Assembly (NCBI GenBank): GCA_964404285.1
Contig: CAYOJK010000010.1
Span: 10,303 to 74,302, forward strand
DNA from: an uncultured bacterium
Lineage (GTDB): Bacteria; CSSED10-310
Reading direction: 5' to 3'
Length of the DNA: 64,000 nucleotides
Shown piece after piece: positions 27,120 through 36,603 of this stretch (the first letter of the stretch is position 1; each line of letters begins with the position of its first letter). The translations under genes were made by a program, and so were the position numbers. The notes below the pieces were generated by a model, which was given only the letters and a program-made list of their open reading frames with translations, did no database searches and was not told the origin of the DNA.

Positions 27120-29404
27120 CAAAAAAATTGATTATAGTGGAATCACCGGCAAAAGCTCGCACGATAAAAAGCATACTTGGAGCAGATTTTATTGTCGAGT
27201 CATCTATTGGACACATTCGTGACCTGCCAAGATCCCGGTTTGGTATAGATGTAAAAAACAATTTTGAACCCGAGTATGTGACGATAAGTGGAAAACAGAA
27301 AGTCGTCAATCGGTTGATAAAAATAGGAAAATCTGTTCAGGAAATTTACTTGGCCGCTGACCCTGACAGGGAAGGTGAGGCGATTTGTCGGCACCTGGAA
27401 TTCTATCTTCAAAAAGAAACATCAGCGTCAATAAGCCGGATTTTATATTATGAAATAACTCGCCAAGCCGTTCAAAACAGCCTGAAAAACCCTATGGCTA
27501 TCGATGAAAACAAAGTCGATGCGCAGCAGGCAAGACGCGTGCTGGACAGGATTGTCGGCTACAAATTGAGTCCATTTCTGTGGAAAAAGGTTAAAGGTGG
27601 ACTGTCTGCAGGTCGGGTTCAATCTGTTGCGCTAAGACTAATTGTTGATCGTGAGCGCGAGATAGAAGCATTCAAGCCTGAAGAATTCTGGACTATTACT
27701 TTGGAGTTAGAGGGTGGTAACCCACCTGTTTTCAAGGCATCGTGGTACGGCACACCTAAGAAAAAGCAGCGTATTTCGGATAAAACGGCTTGTGACTCAA
27801 TCGTCAGCAGCATTTCAAAGCGACCATTTATTGTGACGGATATCGAACGAAAAAAAACGCAACGGAAACCTCCACCGCCATTCATCACTAGCACACTTCA
27901 GCAGGAAGCTTCCCGCCGTTTGCGATTTCCTGCCCAAAAAACCATGCGCATAGCCCAATCACTCTATGAGGGAAAAGATATGGGCGGCTCCGATGTACAT
28001 GGACTGATCACGTATATGCGAACGGATTCGCCCCGTATCAGCTCCAGCGCACAAGCCCAGACAGGGTCATTCATCGAAACGACTTTCGGCTCCGATTACA
28101 GACCAGCAAAACCTCCCGTTTATAGAGCTCGAAAAAGCGCCCAGGAAGCCCATGAAGCAATACGACCAACCGATGTCACACTCACACCTGAAAAAGCGAA
28201 ACATTTTCTTACCGGTGATGAGTTGAAGTTATATTCGCTGATTTGGGAACGATTTGTTGCCAGTCAAATGTCGGCAGCATCGATCAATGTCACAACAATC
28301 AAAATCGGCGCTGGTGAGAATAATACGTATGAGTTTCGCGCAACAGGATCGGAAGTCATCTTTGATGGTTTTTTCCGATTGACCGGGCTTCCCAGAGATA
28401 TCAAACCGTCTCAAAAAAACGATGATGACCCGGATGCCGAAAATCTTGAAGCCAATCAACAGCTTCCTGCTCTAGATAAAGGCGAACAGTTGACCTGTCA
28501 TTCTATCGAACCAGCCCAAAATTTTACCCGACCACCCACCCGTTATTCTGAAGCAACACTGGTCAAAGAACTTGAATCTCGCGGGATCGGCCGTCCCAGC
28601 ACGTATGCCGCTATCATGGCTACAATACGTTCTCATGACTATGCGGAAATACGGGAACGTCGATTTCATCCAACGGAGCTGGGGATGGTCGTCAGTGATA
28701 TTCTGGTTAAAAGTTTTCCAGATATTTTGAGCGTAAAATTTACAGCAGATATGGAAAATCGTCTGGACGATATCGAACAGGGCAAAACACAATGGCGGGA
28801 TACAATCGCCGATTTTTATCAACCATTTGAAAAACGCCTTCGGGAAGCAGAAAAAGATATCGAAGCGCTCAGCCGAACACGCCAACCTGTCGAAAATGTG
28901 TTTTGTCCGATATGTAACAGCGAAATGGTGATCCGGTGGGGAAAAAAAGGCTATTTTCTGTCGTGCAGCAAATATCCAAAATGCAAAGGCATTCTCCCCT
29001 ACAATTCTGGTAATAAAAAACCAGAAAAGCCGAAAACCCTACACATTGAACTGGCAGCTCCCTGTCCGGAATGTGGGGCATCGCTGGCTCTTAAAAAAGG
29101 AAGATACGGCCTGTTTGTTTCATGCTCGACCTATCCAAAATGCAAAGGAAAGGGACCCAAAGCAGAAGGGTTGCCTTGTGCCAGGGAAGGATGTGACGGA
29201 AAGCTGGTCAGAAAAAAAGGTCGAGGCGCCTTTTATGGCTGTTCAAATTATCCCGACTGCACATTCGTGTTCAACGCGGCGCCTGTGCCGGTGCGATGCA
29301 CAGTCTGCGGTAACTCTTATCACGGTGCAACAGAAAAAAGCGGGGAGATTGATATTGTATGTCCTCGCTGCAAAAATAAACTCGAGATTGGCAGCCGGAA
29401 CTGA
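27116..29404 (+). CDS. topA: DNA topoisomerase I
   Basis: LIIVESPAKA, GHIRDLP, AADPDREGE, SAGRVQS, LITYMRTDS (catalytic Tyr), GIGRPSTY, four C-terminal Cys4 zinc ribbons. Confidence 0.97.
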   Translation: MTKKLIIVESPAKARTIKSILGADFIVESSIGHIRDLPRSRFGIDVKNNFEPEYVTISGKQKVVNRLIKIGKSVQEIYLAADPDREGEAICRHLEFYLQKETSASISRILYYEITRQAVQNSLKNPMAIDENKVDAQQARRVLDRIVGYKLSPFLWKKVKGGLSAGRVQSVALRLIVDREREIEAFKPEEFWTITLELEGGNPPVFKASWYGTPKKKQRISDKTACDSIVSSISKRPFIVTDIERKKTQRKPPPPFITSTLQQEASRRLRFPAQKTMRIAQSLYEGKDMGGSDVHGLITYMRTDSPRISSSAQAQTGSFIETTFGSDYRPAKPPVYRARKSAQEAHEAIRPTDVTLTPEKAKHFLTGDELKLYSLIWERFVASQMSAASINVTTIKIGAGENNTYEFRATGSEVIFDGFFRLTGLPRDIKPSQKNDDDPDAENLEANQQLPALDKGEQLTCHSIEPAQNFTRPPTRYSEATLVKELESRGIGRPSTYAAIMATIRSHDYAEIRERRFHPTELGMVVSDILVKSFPDILSVKFTADMENRLDDIEQGKTQWRDTIADFYQPFEKRLREAEKDIEALSRTRQPVENVFCPICNSEMVIRWGKKGYFLSCSKYPKCKGILPYNSGNKKPEKPKTLHIELAAPCPECGASLALKKGRYGLFVSCSTYPKCKGKGPKAEGLPCAREGCDGKLVRKKGRGAFYGCSNYPDCTFVFNAAPVPVRCTVCGNSYHGATEKSGEIDIVCPRCKNKLEIGSRN

Positions 29405-29425
29405 AATAGCTTGATGAGGAGACAT

Positions 29426-30325
29426 ATGGATAAGGGACTGAACCAGTTTCTAACATATTTAAAGATCGAGCGAAATGTCTCTCCCCATACCTTACGCGCT
29501 TATGAAAGTGATATTGAGGAGTTAATAGCTTTTCTCGAGCGAACAGGTCAAGACCCTTCAGAACCCACCAGAAATGCCGTAGGTTCATTTGTTAGCTTCT
29601 TACACACTCATAGAAAAGCTCGCACCACTATCGAGCGAAAAATATCGTCTCTTCGTTCTTTTTTTCGTTTTTTAAAAACCAGAAATATGATTTCGCATAA
29701 CCCCGCCGCTGGAATACCGTTACCTCGTAAACAACGCAAACTGCCCGGGTTTCTGACTGTCGGCGAAGCTAAAAAACTGTTGGAAGAAAGTGTGAAAGAA
29801 GAAAACTTAAAAACTCTGCGGAATTTGGCAATGGCTGAACTAATGTACGGAACCGGCATACGGGTCGGAGAGTTGACAAATCTGGCGATGAAAGACATCG
29901 ATTTATCAGAAATGGAAGTCAGAGTCAGCGGTAAGGGCAATAAAGAAAGAATCGTCCCGATGACCCGCCATGCAGCAGAAAGGATAGAAAAATATCTGCG
30001 CCAACGTCGGATCGATTTAAAAGACAATACAATGATTGGTGGGCTAGACCCGTTGTTTATCAATTTACGTGGAACACGTCTGACCGCTCGGAGCGTTCAT
30101 AGAATAATGAGGGGTATGGGACGTGACGCCAATTTGGGTAAACGGGTGCATCCACATGAGCTCAGACACAGTTTTGCAACCCATCTTCTGGATTCCGGCG
30201 CGGATTTGCGGGCAATCCAGGAATTGCTGGGACATGCCAATTTGACAACGACCCAAAAATATACCCATATCAGTTTGGAAAAATTATTGAGGATTTATAA
30301 TGACAAACACCCAAGAGCCAAGTGA
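29426..30325 (+). CDS. xerC: Tyrosine recombinase XerC
   Basis: R-K-H-R-H-Y catalytic set (GIRVGEL, GKGNKER, HELRHSFATH, LGHANL, TQKYTH). Housekeeping position between topA and hslU. GAGGAG ribosome-binding site precedes ATG 29426 (ORF track start 29411). Confidence 0.88.
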   Translation: MDKGLNQFLTYLKIERNVSPHTLRAYESDIEELIAFLERTGQDPSEPTRNAVGSFVSFLHTHRKARTTIERKISSLRSFFRFLKTRNMISHNPAAGIPLPRKQRKLPGFLTVGEAKKLLEESVKEENLKTLRNLAMAELMYGTGIRVGELTNLAMKDIDLSEMEVRVSGKGNKERIVPMTRHAAERIEKYLRQRRIDLKDNTMIGGLDPLFINLRGTRLTARSVHRIMRGMGRDANLGKRVHPHELRHSFATHLLDSGADLRAIQELLGHANLTTTQKYTHISLEKLLRIYNDKHPRAK

Positions 30326-31769
30326 TTTTTCGGCAATTGAAACGTTGACACCACCGGATATCGTCGATTACCTGAACCGATTCATTATCGGCCAAAAAAA
30401 AGCGAAGCGCGCTGTTGCCGTAGCTCTCCGGAACAGATGGCGCCGCCGCCAACTACCTCCGGATATCGCTGAGGAAATCATACCAAAAAACATCCTGATC
30501 ATTGGGCCGACCGGTGTCGGTAAAACCGAGATAGCCCGGCGTATTGCCCGTCTTACCGGATCGCCGTTTATTAAAGTCGAAGCATCGAAATTCACCGAAG
30601 TTGGATATGTGGGCCGTGATGTTGAATCGATCATACGCGATCTGACGGAGCTTTCGGTAAATATCGTAAAAGAAGAACATAAAAAAATGGTTCATGATAA
30701 AGCGCTTGTTATTGCCCGAGAAAAAGTATTGGACCTCCTGATACCTAAGCCGGAAATACAGCAGTCATCGTCTGCATATGACGATGAAAAAGACTTTGAA
30801 TCCGGGAAAGATGAAGACACCGAGATAATGACATCTACTCAGGATTTTGAACAAGCTCAAAGCAGCTATCAACGCACCCGTGAAAAATTTCGCCAAATGC
30901 TCGAGCAAGGAAAACTTGAAGATAAATTGATCGAAATCGATATCCAAGAACGACACGGTGGATTGATAGAGGTCTTTTCGTCTTCCGGAGTCGAAGAAAT
31001 CGGTATGCAAATTAGAGATATGATGCCGGGATTTTTCAACCAACAGAAAAAACGACGGAAAATGACTGTGGAACAGGCAATGAGAGTGATTACTGATCAA
31101 GAAGAAACCAAGCTTGTAGATATGGATAAAATTATCCAAGATGCGATTCAACGTGTTGAGCAAAGCGGGATCGTCTTCCTGGATGAAATCGATAAAATCG
31201 CCGGCCGAGAAGGCGGTTCCGGCCCAGATGTCTCCCGCGAAGGCGTTCAGCGAGACCTGTTGCCTATTGTCGAAGGCTCAACCGTCGCCACAAAATACGG
31301 CATGGTCAAAAGCAATCATATTCTGTTTATTGCCGCCGGAGCATTCTCCGTAACAAAACCATCGGAACTCATCCCGGAATTACAAGGCCGATTCCCAGTA
31401 AAAGTAGATGTTCAAAGCCTGTCAAAAGAAGAAATGAGACGTATTCTGGTTGAACCGGAAAATTCTCTGGTTAAACAATATCAATATCTGCTCGGAACAG
31501 AAGGACTTACACTACAATTTGAAACAGATGCGCTCGACGCTATCGCCGACTTGGCGGAACAGGCGAATGATTGTTGTGAGGATATCGGCGCACGCCGACT
31601 GCACACGATAATGGAAATACTGCTTGAAGACGTGTCGTTCAATGCATCACAAATGGGGGAACGAACAATACCAATTACTGAAAATTACGTCCGAGAAAGA
31701 GTATCGATACAAGATATTGAAAAAGCGGAAAACGTTAGAAAGAAAGGAAAAGTCGGTTTTACGGGATGA
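30300..31769 (+). CDS. hslU: HslU (ClpY) AAA+ unfoldase with a non-canonical C-terminal tail
   Basis: LTPPDIV...IIGQ..AK.AVAVALRNRWRR, Walker A GPTGVGKT, KVEASKFTEVGYVGRDVES, I-domain, IVFLDEIDKI, SREGVQRDLLPIVEG, PELQGRFP, GARRLHTIME. Confidence 0.95.
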   Translation: MTNTQEPSDFSAIETLTPPDIVDYLNRFIIGQKKAKRAVAVALRNRWRRRQLPPDIAEEIIPKNILIIGPTGVGKTEIARRIARLTGSPFIKVEASKFTEVGYVGRDVESIIRDLTELSVNIVKEEHKKMVHDKALVIAREKVLDLLIPKPEIQQSSSAYDDEKDFESGKDEDTEIMTSTQDFEQAQSSYQRTREKFRQMLEQGKLEDKLIEIDIQERHGGLIEVFSSSGVEEIGMQIRDMMPGFFNQQKKRRKMTVEQAMRVITDQEETKLVDMDKIIQDAIQRVEQSGIVFLDEIDKIAGREGGSGPDVSREGVQRDLLPIVEGSTVATKYGMVKSNHILFIAAGAFSVTKPSELIPELQGRFPVKVDVQSLSKEEMRRILVEPENSLVKQYQYLLGTEGLTLQFETDALDAIADLAEQANDCCEDIGARRLHTIMEILLEDVSFNASQMGERTIPITENYVRERVSIQDIEKAENVRKKGKVGFTG

Positions 31770-33196
31770 TATCGATAAAAAAAACATACAACTGGCTGCG
31801 AACACTAGCCACAGGAATAATCCTTTGTAGCGTATTGTTCGGATGTGGTTATAAAACAGGCCTGAAACCACCGGAACCACGTCGTGTCGAAATCGTTACC
31901 GACCTAAAATTTGACCTTGCCTGCAAGGGAATTGAACTAAACTGGGCGCCTGCGTTATTCGACTCACGAGGTAATCCGCTGGACGAACCCGCGACTTATC
32001 TGGTTTATAGAAAACGAGGTCTCCCTTTTGACCAAAAAACGGAAAAAGTCAAAAAAACAATAAAACCGGAACAAGCATCAAAAAGTGAGGACACTGAAAC
32101 AAGTGCGCTTGAAGGCGATATCGATGATCGGCTGGAACCCGATAACCTTGAACCTGTTGCCAATGAAACAGGAAATGAAAATTCTAAGAAAGAAGAAATC
32201 GATGAACCGGAATATGGTCAAAAAAACGATATCGACGATTCATCGGAAACCGTTGATCTCGACGGCGCTTTAGTGTCTCCAAAACCTCCAGATATTTTAC
32301 ATCAGGAGTTTGCATTCAGCTTGGTTGCTGTTGTGCCCGGCAGACCGGTGACACTGACAACAGCAGCTATTGCCGATGAGCGTATCGAATGGACTGATAC
32401 CGGAGCACCGGCAGGACCGACTTATCTTCCCGGTAAGATAAAGTATCGAATCCCCTCGCGTTTACCCGAAAAGGCAGCAGATAGTTCTGATGGCTTGGTA
32501 GCCGGGTATGTCTATACATATTTTGTCATTGCTTTGGATGCAGTCGGAGTGTCATCCGCACCCTCTACGCCTATTGAGTGCCCATGGGTGGCCATACCTG
32601 CAGCGCCGGAAAATCCAATTGTTCAAGTGTCTAAAAACAACGTGCACGTGTCCTGGACGAAACCGTCCGAAAATTGTTTGGGAAAACCTTTGGACGATAT
32701 TTCATCCTATGAAATTTTTCGGTCTGAAGCTTTGACGCCTGAAGTCTTCAAGCATGTATTCACTGTTGATGGTAACAAGCTTGAAAAGATTGATAATACC
32801 GTAGTGATGGACTCTGTATATCAGTATAAAATCCGAGCTGTCATTTTTAAATCAATACCAGGTGAATTTTCTAATAGCGTGACAGCGGACACTGCTAATG
32901 TGTATCCGCCATCTCCACCGACCCAACTGACCGGCGCCGTGCGTCCGGCAGGCGTATTTTTGAATTGGAGAGCAAGCGAAGATAAAGACATCGCGGGATA
33001 TCGGGTTTATAGGCGATCTTCGAAACAGGTGGATTTTAAATTGCTGAATCCGGAAAATTTGGTTATCAGCACAACGTATATTGACGAAACCGTTAAAAAA
33101 GATGAAACATATAGTTACAGATTGACATCTGTGGACAAATCAGCCAATACGAATGAATCTGAGCCGGGAAATACCTGGACAGTGACAGTCCGTTGA
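31766..33196 (+). CDS. Fibronectin type III repeat lipoprotein with an LptM/YifL-like N-terminal motif
   Basis: Lipobox LFGC followed by GYKTGLKPP, an acidic insertion, and three FN3-like repeats (W..P...Y.VYR, YTYFV.A, YQYKIRAV, YSYRLTSVD). Confidence 0.75.
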   Translation: MISIKKTYNWLRTLATGIILCSVLFGCGYKTGLKPPEPRRVEIVTDLKFDLACKGIELNWAPALFDSRGNPLDEPATYLVYRKRGLPFDQKTEKVKKTIKPEQASKSEDTETSALEGDIDDRLEPDNLEPVANETGNENSKKEEIDEPEYGQKNDIDDSSETVDLDGALVSPKPPDILHQEFAFSLVAVVPGRPVTLTTAAIADERIEWTDTGAPAGPTYLPGKIKYRIPSRLPEKAADSSDGLVAGYVYTYFVIALDAVGVSSAPSTPIECPWVAIPAAPENPIVQVSKNNVHVSWTKPSENCLGKPLDDISSYEIFRSEALTPEVFKHVFTVDGNKLEKIDNTVVMDSVYQYKIRAVIFKSIPGEFSNSVTADTANVYPPSPPTQLTGAVRPAGVFLNWRASEDKDIAGYRVYRRSSKQVDFKLLNPENLVISTTYIDETVKKDETYSYRLTSVDKSANTNESEPGNTWTVTVR

Positions 33197-33212
33197 TTTA
33201 TGGAGGTGGAAA

Positions 33213-34103
33213 ATGTTTGAAGGATCAACAACAGCTATGGTTACTCCGTTCAAGGGGGGAGAATTGGATGAGACAGCGTTTCGCCAACTTGTTCGTCACC
33301 AGCTTAACTGTGGCACAAGCGGTATTTTGGTAGCAGGCTGTACAGGTGAAGCGGCTTCATTGAGCTGGGAGGAGTTGAAAAGCTTGATCATTTGGGCGGG
33401 AGAAGAAATAAGGCATCACACTAAAAGCGCTTTTCTTCTGGCCGGAACAGGCACTAACAACACCAAGGAAACAGTGGAAAAAACTGCCGCCGCTCGATCT
33501 TTGGGAGTAGATGGAGTTCTTTTGATCACTCCCTATTACAACAAACCAACACAGGAAGGACTGTATCAGCATTACCGCGCTGTAGCACAAAATACGGATG
33601 TGCCGATCATCCTGTACAATGTGCCGGGGCGAACCAGTGTACGATTGATGCCGGATACCGTAGCCAGGTTGAGTGAGCTGGAAAACATTGTTGCTATCAA
33701 AGAAGCCGGAGGCAACCTGGATGATGTCAGCGCATTACTGAACAAGACCAATCAGGTCACTGTTTTGTCCGGTGATGATACGTTGACGTTGCCGATGATG
33801 GCAATTGGGGGCAGAGGGGTTATTTCCACCACATCCAATGTCGATCCGACGCGAATGGCCAGGATGTGTGAATATTGGTTTGCCGGCAAAATCGAAGAGG
33901 CACGACAGATGCACAACGAATTGTTCCAGTTATGCAAAGCGATGTTTGTCGAAACCAATCCGATGCCTGCCAAAGCAGCTTTATCCATAATGGGTATAAT
34001 AGAAAATGAATTGAGATTGCCGTTAGTTCCTGTCAAACAGGAATCAATACCGGTAATTGAAAAAGCGCTGTTAGGGGCGGGCTTGTTGGAGATACGGTCA
34101 TGA
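33213..34103 (+). CDS. dapA: 4-hydroxy-tetrahydrodipicolinate synthase
   Basis: TAMVTPF, GCTGEA, TPYYNKPTQ, YNVPGRT, AIKEA (Schiff-base Lys), LSGDD, ETNPMPAK. Confidence 0.97.
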   Translation: MFEGSTTAMVTPFKGGELDETAFRQLVRHQLNCGTSGILVAGCTGEAASLSWEELKSLIIWAGEEIRHHTKSAFLLAGTGTNNTKETVEKTAAARSLGVDGVLLITPYYNKPTQEGLYQHYRAVAQNTDVPIILYNVPGRTSVRLMPDTVARLSELENIVAIKEAGGNLDDVSALLNKTNQVTVLSGDDTLTLPMMAIGGRGVISTTSNVDPTRMARMCEYWFAGKIEEARQMHNELFQLCKAMFVETNPMPAKAALSIMGIIENELRLPLVPVKQESIPVIEKALLGAGLLEIRS

Positions 34104-34846
34104 TTCCGGTGGTGATATGGGGAGCCGGTGGGCGTATGGGTAAACGCCTGATCAAGTTGGTCAGTCAGGAGAAAAATCTGGAACTGGTTGGAGCAGTGGA
34201 AAACGAGGGGCATCAAGGCATATTTCAAGATGCCGGATTTTACCATGGTTTGCCAGAAACAGGGGTTTTGTTGAGTATGACATGCGATCTCAAACCCGAA
34301 CCGGCTAAAGGAATTGTGCTGGATTTTTCGCTACCGGGAGGCCTTGCCAAAGCGGCGGAGTGGGCACAAAAGTATGGGTGGTCACTGGTTTCTGGCACAA
34401 CTTCGTTAAATGATAGAGATAGGTTAGCCTTAAGCTCAGCTTCAGAAAAAATTCCGGCTATGTATTCACCCAATTACAGTCTGGGCACACAACTATTGTT
34501 CCATCTGGTGTCCAAGGCGGCGACTATTCTTCCAGAAACGTTCGATGCCACTATCCACGAAACACACCATAGAGCCAAACGGGACCGCCCCAGCGGAACA
34601 GCTCTTGCGTTTGAACAGCGTTTAAAAAACAGCGGCATCATGCGTCATTTCGAAACGACGTCCCATCGTGCAGGACTTGTGTTTGGTGAGCATACTATAC
34701 GATTTATTTCTCCGATGGAGGAAATTGTGTTGTCTCACAAAGCCTTGGATAGAGATGTTTTCGCGTCAGGCGCCATTATGGCCGGAAAATGGCTGATGAA
34801 AAAACCACCCGGCTTATACGCTTTTACAGATATGTTGGAACTGTAA
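34100..34846 (+). CDS. dapB: 4-hydroxy-tetrahydrodipicolinate reductase
   Basis: GAGGRMG NAD(P)-binding motif, DFSLP, SGTT, SPNYSLG, ETHHRAKRDRPSGTA, GEHTIRF. Confidence 0.95.
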   Translation: MIPVVIWGAGGRMGKRLIKLVSQEKNLELVGAVENEGHQGIFQDAGFYHGLPETGVLLSMTCDLKPEPAKGIVLDFSLPGGLAKAAEWAQKYGWSLVSGTTSLNDRDRLALSSASEKIPAMYSPNYSLGTQLLFHLVSKAATILPETFDATIHETHHRAKRDRPSGTALAFEQRLKNSGIMRHFETTSHRAGLVFGEHTIRFISPMEEIVLSHKALDRDVFASGAIMAGKWLMKKPPGLYAFTDMLEL

Positions 34847-36603
34847 TGCGAAATCGTTTGACATCGGTCACCATTCTGTTTGTCATCAGTTTGGCATCGG
34901 CTGGAATATCGGCATTTGAATACATGCCTTTGCAAGATATCCAACCGGGCATGAAATGCTACGCATATTCAAGTTTTTCACCCAATACACTTGAAAAAAT
35001 GGATGTAGAAATTATCGGAGTTATAGAAGGCCTGACTCGTGATAACGATTTTATTTTGGCTCGAGTCAGCAGTCCGGAAGTTCAACGTGGAGGCATCAGC
35101 TCAGGTATGAGCGGGTCACCTGTATATTACGAAGACCGACTCGTCGGCGCCATGTCCATGGCCTTTATGTACGCCACTGAACCTATTTGCGGCATAACTC
35201 CGATCGAAATCATGAATCAGTTAGAGGACTTTGTGGTTGCATCAGGGAGATGCTCAGCACAACGACGACCAAGACGAGATCTCCTCAAAAAAACTGAAGA
35301 CCCGCTATCGCCCGGATTGAAACCAATCGGCTTGTCACTGGGAATCAATGGTATCTCCAGCTTTAACGACACGTTTCCAGACACGTTTTTTTTGCCTTCA
35401 AACGCATCTACTCATTCGTTTCAAAAACAAGCCGACAAAAAAAATGACAGCGATAAACCTGAAATTGTTCCAGGCTGCTCAGTTGGAGTCGGACTCGTTT
35501 CCGGGGATGTCTCTATTATAGCATATGGAACTGTGACAGATGTGAGGGAAAAACAAATCCTCGCTTTCGGTCATTCCATGTTCGGACTCGGAGAATGCTG
35601 TTTGCCGTTGCACGCGTCTGAAGTTGTATCGATAGTGCCGACACGATATTTATCCTTTAAACTTGCCAATTCCGGGCCTGTTATCGGTGCGGTTACCTTT
35701 GATGCGGAATCGGGTATTCTTGCTGAACTGGATAAAATCCCCCCTGTTATCCCAGTCTCTATTACGATAGAAGGACTTACACTTCATCCTGTTACATATA
35801 AGATCGATGTTGTGGACAGTGAATATTTGACCACGACCATGATTGTTCAATCTTTGACCGGATTGATCAACAATCTTGGAGGCTTACAAGGTGATCTCAG
35901 CCTGGATTTCGATCTGACTGCTGAACTGTCGAACGGCCTATCATTGCATTTGACAGATTGTTACGGCGCCGTTTCGCTTCTTCGTCAAGCAATCAATAAC
36001 AGCATGAAAACAATCGAAACAATTCATCATAATCCGCTTGAACCAGTAACATTCAAATCAATTGGCATTATGTGTCGATTAGCTGAAACTACGCGCTTGG
36101 CAACACTTGATGCCGTCACAATGGTCGAGCGATGCTATCGCCCCGGCGAAACAATCCGAGTTCAACTACTATTTCACGGTGATCGAATCGAGCCGTTTTC
36201 AAGGATTATTAACGTGCCGATACCGCCAACCTGTGCTCCTGGAAAATATGTCTTAAAAATCCTTGATGCCGACCTATATGCTCGTGACGTTTCAGCAAGA
36301 CAATTGCCGACTCATCGATACAGTTCATTTGAAAAATGGTTTGATACGCTGAGCGATAGAATTTCAGGAAATCAATTACAAGTGATGCTAGCTGCAGGCG
36401 GGAAAGATATTCAGACACAGGATACTATTTTGCCGTCAGCGCCGCCGGTTTTGCGGGGTTTACTGGCGATGCCGGGTTTGGATCATCGAGTGCTGGGGTC
36501 TACACGGGTTCTTTCATCTGAGACCCTTTCGTTGGATGTTCAAGTGGTTGGAGGCAAACAACTGCCGATTTATATAGACATTTTACCGGAGAAAAACAGA
36601 TGA
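34846..36603 (+). CDS. Secreted SpoIVB/S55-family serine peptidase-domain protein
   Basis: Signal peptide after the ATG at 34846 (overlapping the dapB stop; ORF track start 34789). GISSGMSGSPVY catalytic motif, GITPIE.M, YGTVT...AFGH. Confidence 0.82.
   Translation: MRNRLTSVTILFVISLASAGISAFEYMPLQDIQPGMKCYAYSSFSPNTLEKMDVEIIGVIEGLTRDNDFILARVSSPEVQRGGISSGMSGSPVYYEDRLVGAMSMAFMYATEPICGITPIEIMNQLEDFVVASGRCSAQRRPRRDLLKKTEDPLSPGLKPIGLSLGINGISSFNDTFPDTFFLPSNASTHSFQKQADKKNDSDKPEIVPGCSVGVGLVSGDVSIIAYGTVTDVREKQILAFGHSMFGLGECCLPLHASEVVSIVPTRYLSFKLANSGPVIGAVTFDAESGILAELDKIPPVIPVSITIEGLTLHPVTYKIDVVDSEYLTTTMIVQSLTGLINNLGGLQGDLSLDFDLTAELSNGLSLHLTDCYGAVSLLRQAINNSMKTIETIHHNPLEPVTFKSIGIMCRLAETTRLATLDAVTMVERCYRPGETIRVQLLFHGDRIEPFSRIINVPIPPTCAPGKYVLKILDADLYARDVSARQLPTHRYSSFEKWFDTLSDRISGNQLQVMLAAGGKDIQTQDTILPSAPPVLRGLLAMPGLDHRVLGSTRVLSSETLSLDVQVVGGKQLPIYIDILPEKNR

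Noticed and set aside
29426-30325. Tyrosine recombinase as a prophage or ICE integrase
   Set aside because: Length, motifs and the topA-xerC-hslU context match housekeeping XerC. There are no att repeats, tRNA or phage genes nearby.
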